A DNA stretch of 64,000 nt, from contig WSXU01000001.1 of the NCBI GenBank assembly GCA_009773455.1, positions 117,186 through 181,185 of the forward strand, read 5' to 3'. Under the pieces are notes generated by a model. The model made no database searches. It was given only the letters and a program-made list of their open reading frames with translations, and was not told where the DNA came from. Shown piece after piece: positions 59,354-64,000 of this stretch. Each line of letters starts with the position of its first letter. Position 1 is the stretch's first letter. The position numbers and the translations under genes are program-made. This DNA comes from Bacteroidota bacterium (GTDB taxonomy: Bacteria; Bacteroidota; Bacteroidia; Bacteroidales; Lentimicrobiaceae).

Positions 59354-60928
59354 TCAGAATTTATTTGTTGATAAAAAACCTAATATTATCTTATTTGCCA
59401 GTATAAGAATGTATTCCATTTTCACAAGGTCTGATTTTGCATACACATCGCGCGGGCTGTGGTAATCGTCATGAAATCCGGAAAAGAAACTCATTACCGG
59501 GATTTTTTCCATGGCAAAAGGTACATAATCGCTGCCGCCGTGTCCCGAAGTCTCCCAAATATCAAGGTTAAATGGTTTCTTAAGATCACCATTGTACTTT
59601 ACAGCCATTGTTTTCAGATGATCTGTTCCCCTGAGGAAACCAATGCTGATCACCTTTGCATCAGCATCAGAAGGGGCACTCCTTGAGATCATATCAAAAT
59701 TCAGGTTTAATAAGATCTTCTGTTTCCCTGACGGATGGTCGCGCATAAACCGGCTGCTTCCCAGCATTCCCTTTTCTTCGGCAGTCCAGGCCGCAAAGAT
59801 CATATTGTATGGAGGCCTGATGCCTGACCTTTTCCAGTTGGCAGCAATAGCCAGCATTCCCGATACCCCGGATGCATTGTCATCTGAGCCGTTGTATATG
59901 TGATTGTAACGCATCCCCAGATGATCATAATGAGCCCCGATTACAATGCTACGCGTAGTATCCTCACCCCGGATATGCCCGATAACATTTCGGACCAGCA
60001 CAGGTTCTGCATTAATCTCAGCAGCCAGGTATACCTTCTTGCCCTTAATTTCCAGGGATTCAGGCACAAGCCGTTCAGAAATCCTTTTTTCAGCTTCTTT
60101 CAGATCAAGGCCGGTATCTTTCAGCAATGCGGCAACAGCCTCCCTTCGCGGTCTGCAGACAGGTATCAGGTAAGGATCATCGGGAAGGGCATAATTATAG
60201 TCTTCGTATCCGGCTTCTTCTGCCTTCACGAATGCCGACTGCGCAATGCTTTTATTAACCTCTTTCCCCTCAGTCATATTTTTACCTCCTTCACGGGAAA
60301 CCACAATCATGGCAAGTGCACCGTTTTCCATGGCATTCCGCTGTTTGCTCTCCAGACGGTGAAACTCATTCATTGCATCGTTGCCAAACTTTTTCCAGCC
60401 TATGGATGAGGTATCGTTTTCGCCGGGAAAACCATCCAATACCAGCACAATGCACCCGTTAACATTAATATTTCCATAATCGTTGTAGCCTTCCCTGGGC
60501 GCATTTATGCCATAGCCGGCAAAAACAACCGGTGCCTCAAACTGAAAACCTGACGGTCCTGATTCAATAACAAAATCAACATCAGGTATAAAGTACCTGC
60601 GCGACAGGGCTTTCAGCGACTGGTCTGTCAATGCGAACTCACTCTTTACAGATTTATATCTGATGATGCCAAAATTCTGAAAAAACTGTTTGCTGGCCTG
60701 AGTTCCGGCTCCGGGTTCCAATCCCATCTGCAGCATCTGTGAAAGGATAAAATCAGCGGCCATAAAGCTGCCCTTTGATCCTGCTTCACGACCTTCCATC
60801 CAATCGGACGACAGAAACCCCAGAGTTCCGGAAAAATCGGCCCTGCAGGGATCGGGCACCACGGCCTGGGAAGAAACATGAGAGGCAAAAAGAAAAAAAA
60901 CAAATGTAATGAGGGTAGAGTTTCGCAT
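59354..60928 (-). CDS. M28 family peptidase with PA domain
   Basis: MEGREAGS, VVFAGYG PA domain, GAHYDHLG, GSDDNASG, TAEEKG, GSDY, DYHSPRD. Confidence 0.9.
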   Translation of the reverse strand: MRNSTLITFVFFLFASHVSSQAVVPDPCRADFSGTLGFLSSDWMEGREAGSKGSFMAADFILSQMLQMGLEPGAGTQASKQFFQNFGIIRYKSVKSEFALTDQSLKALSRRYFIPDVDFVIESGPSGFQFEAPVVFAGYGINAPREGYNDYGNINVNGCIVLVLDGFPGENDTSSIGWKKFGNDAMNEFHRLESKQRNAMENGALAMIVVSREGGKNMTEGKEVNKSIAQSAFVKAEEAGYEDYNYALPDDPYLIPVCRPRREAVAALLKDTGLDLKEAEKRISERLVPESLEIKGKKVYLAAEINAEPVLVRNVIGHIRGEDTTRSIVIGAHYDHLGMRYNHIYNGSDDNASGVSGMLAIAANWKRSGIRPPYNMIFAAWTAEEKGMLGSSRFMRDHPSGKQKILLNLNFDMISRSAPSDADAKVISIGFLRGTDHLKTMAVKYNGDLKKPFNLDIWETSGHGGSDYVPFAMEKIPVMSFFSGFHDDYHSPRDVYAKSDLVKMEYILILANKIILGFLSTNKF

Positions 60929-61316
60929 GGTCAGGGTTCAGAAAGATTAATTAAAAATAAACATATTTCAGGAAAACAGGAATATCATACGGTTAAAAAT
61001 AACAGCTCACAATTGATGATTCTTGTCATCACCATTAACTATGAACTAAAAGACCCGATATTGACCTTCCGATTCAGTAATTTCAGGATATTTCATTGAT
61101 GCTGTCAGAATAATACCTGTCTCCGGCACAGGTTTTATCAGATTTAAAATTCCCTGTAAAAACAATCACATAGGGTGCTGATCAATACATCCGGATGTTT
61201 CTCCCTATATCCGGAAGACGCCGTAGAAAAACTTTTCTCACTGATTTACAAATAAAAAAGAAAAAGATGGATTATTAAATGTACCTTTGCCCCAATCAAT
61301 ATTAAACAAAAACATC

Positions 61317-61508
61317 ATGAGTAAAGGAACAGTGAAATTCTTCAATGATTTGAAAGGATTTGGATTTATTAAAGACGATGCATCAGACAAGGAATATTTT
61401 GTACATGTATCGGGTCTGATCGACGAGATCAGGGAAAATGACCAGGTAACCTTCGATCTTCAGGAAGGAAAAAAAGGATTAAATGCAGTAAATGTTAAAG
61501 TGATTTAA
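61317..61508 (+). CDS. Cold-shock protein
   Basis: KGTVKFFN..KGFGFI (RNP1), YFVH (RNP2); TACCTTTG box at 61282-61289. Confidence 0.95.
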   Translation: MSKGTVKFFNDLKGFGFIKDDASDKEYFVHVSGLIDEIRENDQVTFDLQEGKKGLNAVNVKVI

Positions 61509-61532
61509 TATATCTACAGGACATAATTCTTT

Positions 61533-61561
61533 AAAAGCTCTGCAGTTTGCAGGGCTTTTTT
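61533..61561. terminator. Bidirectional terminator between csp and tolC
   Basis: AAAAGCTCTGCA-GTT-TGCAGGGCTTTT. Confidence 0.8.
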
Positions 61562-61628
61562 ATTGACCATAAATTGCACGTAACCTGATTAAAGGGTGAA
61601 CAACCTGGCAAAAAGTTCCTTAAACTAC

Positions 61629-62936
61629 TTAGAATTCCAGACTGTAGGTCAGCTGCTTTAATCCTATTTCAGCAACTTTCGCCGAAAATTTCAGGTTGTC
61701 GAGCAGATAGGCAGCATTTTCGAAACTCGTCTGGGCGGCCTTAACATCAAGTATCGTTGCCTGACCGAGGTTAAATTTCTGCATAACGACTTCCACCAGT
61801 TGTCGGGCCAGTTCAAAATTCGTCTCCTGCGATTTTATCTGGTAGAGGGTTGTTGAATAAGACAGGTAGGTTTTTAAAGCCATGGAATTTAATGAATTGA
61901 TCAGGCTTTCTTTCTCAAGAATTGAATTCTCAACCCTGATTTTTGCCAGATCTTTCTGGTTTTTATAAATAAAGCCGTTGAATACAGGCACCTGGAGTGT
62001 GATACCGGCCACCGGACCATAAAACCTGTTCATCAGAAGATTCCCCTTATTCACATCGGCCTGATAGAAATCGTAACCTGCATTGAGTTTCACTGAAGGA
62101 TAACGCTGCGCTGATACCTCCCTGACAAGTTGTTCCTCAATAAGCACTTGTTGTTCCGCGTTCTGAAATTGTGGATTCATACCAAGCCTGTTCAGAATTG
62201 ATTCAAGTCTGAGTGTTGTATCAATCTCAATTTTATCATTGGCTTCAAATACGAAGGGATGTTTCACACCAAGGATCAACAACATTTCCATCTTTGTCTG
62301 CCTGATGACCATTTCCTGGCTTTCGAGCAGTTGTTTTGCTGAATTCACATCGGAAACGGCCTGTAACATGGCTGCCGCATCTGCCATACCTACCCTGTTC
62401 CTGACTTTTACTATTTCGAGCTTCTGTTCCGAAACACCCAGTAAATGGTTGATTGTTTTAAGATAATTCTGCTGCCTTACAACATCACTATAGGAAATCA
62501 TGACATCGGCCATCACATTCTGGATCTGCAGATTCAATGCTATTTCACTCTGATTCTGCAGCCGCTCCAGTCTTTCTTTGGTTGCAATCACCCTGAATCC
62601 GTTAAACAATACCATGCTTCCCGTTACACCCGCATTGATGACATTTTCACGCTGATCAACTATATCTGACTCCGTTCCGTCAGCAAACTGCTGATTTATA
62701 TAGGTATTTGAGATGTTATCACCGGCATTGACCGAAACAACTGGTAACCCACCAGCCATTCCGAATGAATTGCTGATTTTCGCCATTTCCAGATTATTCT
62801 TTGCAATCCGGATATCAAAATTATTCCTGAGCGCTGTGTCAATGGCCTGCTGAAGGGTGAATGGCACTTGTGCCTGAACAACAGATGGCATGATAATTAT
62901 GATCAGCCTGAGAATATGCAATATATTTACCTTCAT
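61629..62936 (-). CDS. TolC family outer membrane efflux protein
   Basis: TLQQAIDTALRNN, twofold OEP repeat architecture; downstream of an RND permease. Confidence 0.9.
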   Translation of the reverse strand: MKVNILHILRLIIIIMPSVVQAQVPFTLQQAIDTALRNNFDIRIAKNNLEMAKISNSFGMAGGLPVVSVNAGDNISNTYINQQFADGTESDIVDQRENVINAGVTGSMVLFNGFRVIATKERLERLQNQSEIALNLQIQNVMADVMISYSDVVRQQNYLKTINHLLGVSEQKLEIVKVRNRVGMADAAAMLQAVSDVNSAKQLLESQEMVIRQTKMEMLLILGVKHPFVFEANDKIEIDTTLRLESILNRLGMNPQFQNAEQQVLIEEQLVREVSAQRYPSVKLNAGYDFYQADVNKGNLLMNRFYGPVAGITLQVPVFNGFIYKNQKDLAKIRVENSILEKESLINSLNSMALKTYLSYSTTLYQIKSQETNFELARQLVEVVMQKFNLGQATILDVKAAQTSFENAAYLLDNLKFSAKVAEIGLKQLTYSLEF

Positions 62937-63023
62937 GGTTTTGACTTATTAAACAGAATGATTTTCATGGCAGTCCTGAGTTATAAATACATCAGCTTGT
63001 CCATTTGCAAAACAGGATCCCGA

Positions 63024-64000
63024 TCAGCTGATCTCACCCATTTCATCTGCGGTTCTTTCTCTTCGGCCTGTAATGTAGGTATACACAGCAGGAATAACAA
63101 ACAGGGTCAATACAAGCGAAAACATGATTCCGCCAACCACCACAATACCCAAAGGAATCCGGCTGGTGGCTGCCGATCCCAGACTTAATGCAATGGGCAG
63201 GGCTCCAAGAGAAGTAGCGAGGCTGGTCATCAGGATCGGGCGTAAACGGAGAGTGGCCGCTTCGATTACAGCCGCCCGTTTTTCAAGCCCTTCTTCACGT
63301 TTTTTATTGGCAAACTCCACAATCAGGATACCATTTTTTGTAACCAATCCGATCAGCATAATCATGCCTATCTCTGAAAAAATATTCAGCGTCTGTCCGA
63401 ACACCCACAAACTCAGGACAGCCCCGGCAATGGCAAGTGGAACTGTCAGCATAATGGTCAGTGGATCCCTGAAACTCTCAAACTGGGCTGCCAGTACGAG
63501 GAAAATCAACACAAGCGCGAGAATAAAAGCAAATGCAGTATTTGATGAACTTTCGGCATAGTCGCGCGAAGGGCCGCTGAGCGAGGTCTGATAGCTTTCA
63601 TCCAAAAGCCTGTCGGCAATTTTCTGCATCGCGTCCACACCATCGCCAATGGTCTTTCCTTCGGATAGAGAGGCCGAAATTGTTGCTGATTTATAACGGT
63701 TAAAGTGAAACAACGATGGCGGATTGGCATTTGAAACAATGTTTGTTACAGAGGCCAGCGAAATATTTTCACCCTTGTTGTTGCGGACGTACAGGTTGGA
63801 GATATCGGCAGGTACCTGTCTGTTTTTCAGACTCACCTGGCTGATTACCTGGTACTGCCTGCCATTCATAATGAAATAAGCCAGACGCCTTCCGCTGAAA
63901 GCACTCTGAAGTACGCTGGCTATATCGGTTACCGTAAGTCCGAACTCGCGTGCCTTAATCCTGTCGATCGTAATATCAACTTCGGGTTTGTTGAATTTCA
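63024..64000 (-). CDS. RND efflux transporter permease (AcrB family), C-terminal part; 5' end outside the window
   Basis: Frame open to the window end (KFNKPEVDITIDR..); LAAQFES, IGLVTKNGILIVEFA, RLRPILMT. Confidence 0.93.
   Translation of the reverse strand, partial: KFNKPEVDITIDRIKAREFGLTVTDIASVLQSAFSGRRLAYFIMNGRQYQVISQVSLKNRQVPADISNLYVRNNKGENISLASVTNIVSNANPPSLFHFNRYKSATISASLSEGKTIGDGVDAMQKIADRLLDESYQTSLSGPSRDYAESSSNTAFAFILALVLIFLVLAAQFESFRDPLTIMLTVPLAIAGAVLSLWVFGQTLNIFSEIGMIMLIGLVTKNGILIVEFANKKREEGLEKRAAVIEAATLRLRPILMTSLATSLGALPIALSLGSAATSRIPLGIVVVGGIMFSLVLTLFVIPAVYTYITGRRERTADEMGEIS

Noticed and set aside
2991-63739. The many other 60-300-aa ORFs nested in or antisense to the called genes (e.g. 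26090-26935, 40666-41295, 50386-51270)
   Set aside because: They are fully overlapped by motif-supported genes and have no recognisable domains.

Overview
Chromosomal window from a Bacteroidota genome, probably Bacteroidales (T9SS-type cargo proteins, TAnnTTTG -7 promoter boxes; order-level placement is inference). Most of it is housekeeping and accessory genes: M20 dipeptidase, thrA, DsbD, tilS, acyl-CoA synthetase, MarR/P-type ATPase/methyltransferase, acyl-CoA dehydrogenase, TPR-adenylate cyclase, kefG/kefB-like pair, korAB + ferredoxin divergent from sucAB, nadB, gamma-carbonic anhydrase family, YugP-like peptidase, TerC, csp, TolC and a partial RND pump. No rRNA, tRNA, CRISPR array, prophage or recognisable riboswitch was found. 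The least explained signals are: (1) a 3.4-copy 180-bp intergenic tandem array (52.5-53.1 kb) with a conserved 100-bp core between degenerate octamer runs, next to a peptidase gene bracketed by an 18-bp inverted heptamer repeat; (2) a REP-associated tyrosine transposase flanked by three ~106-bp multi-hairpin units; (3) a sucAB pair whose E1 has a Cys-rich tail and whose E2 has a degenerate E3-binding domain, back-to-back with korAB and ferredoxin and with no lpdA in the window; (4) two 16-bp palindromes likely to be MarR operators for an atypical P-type ATPase. Protein family calls are from motif recognition, not database searches.
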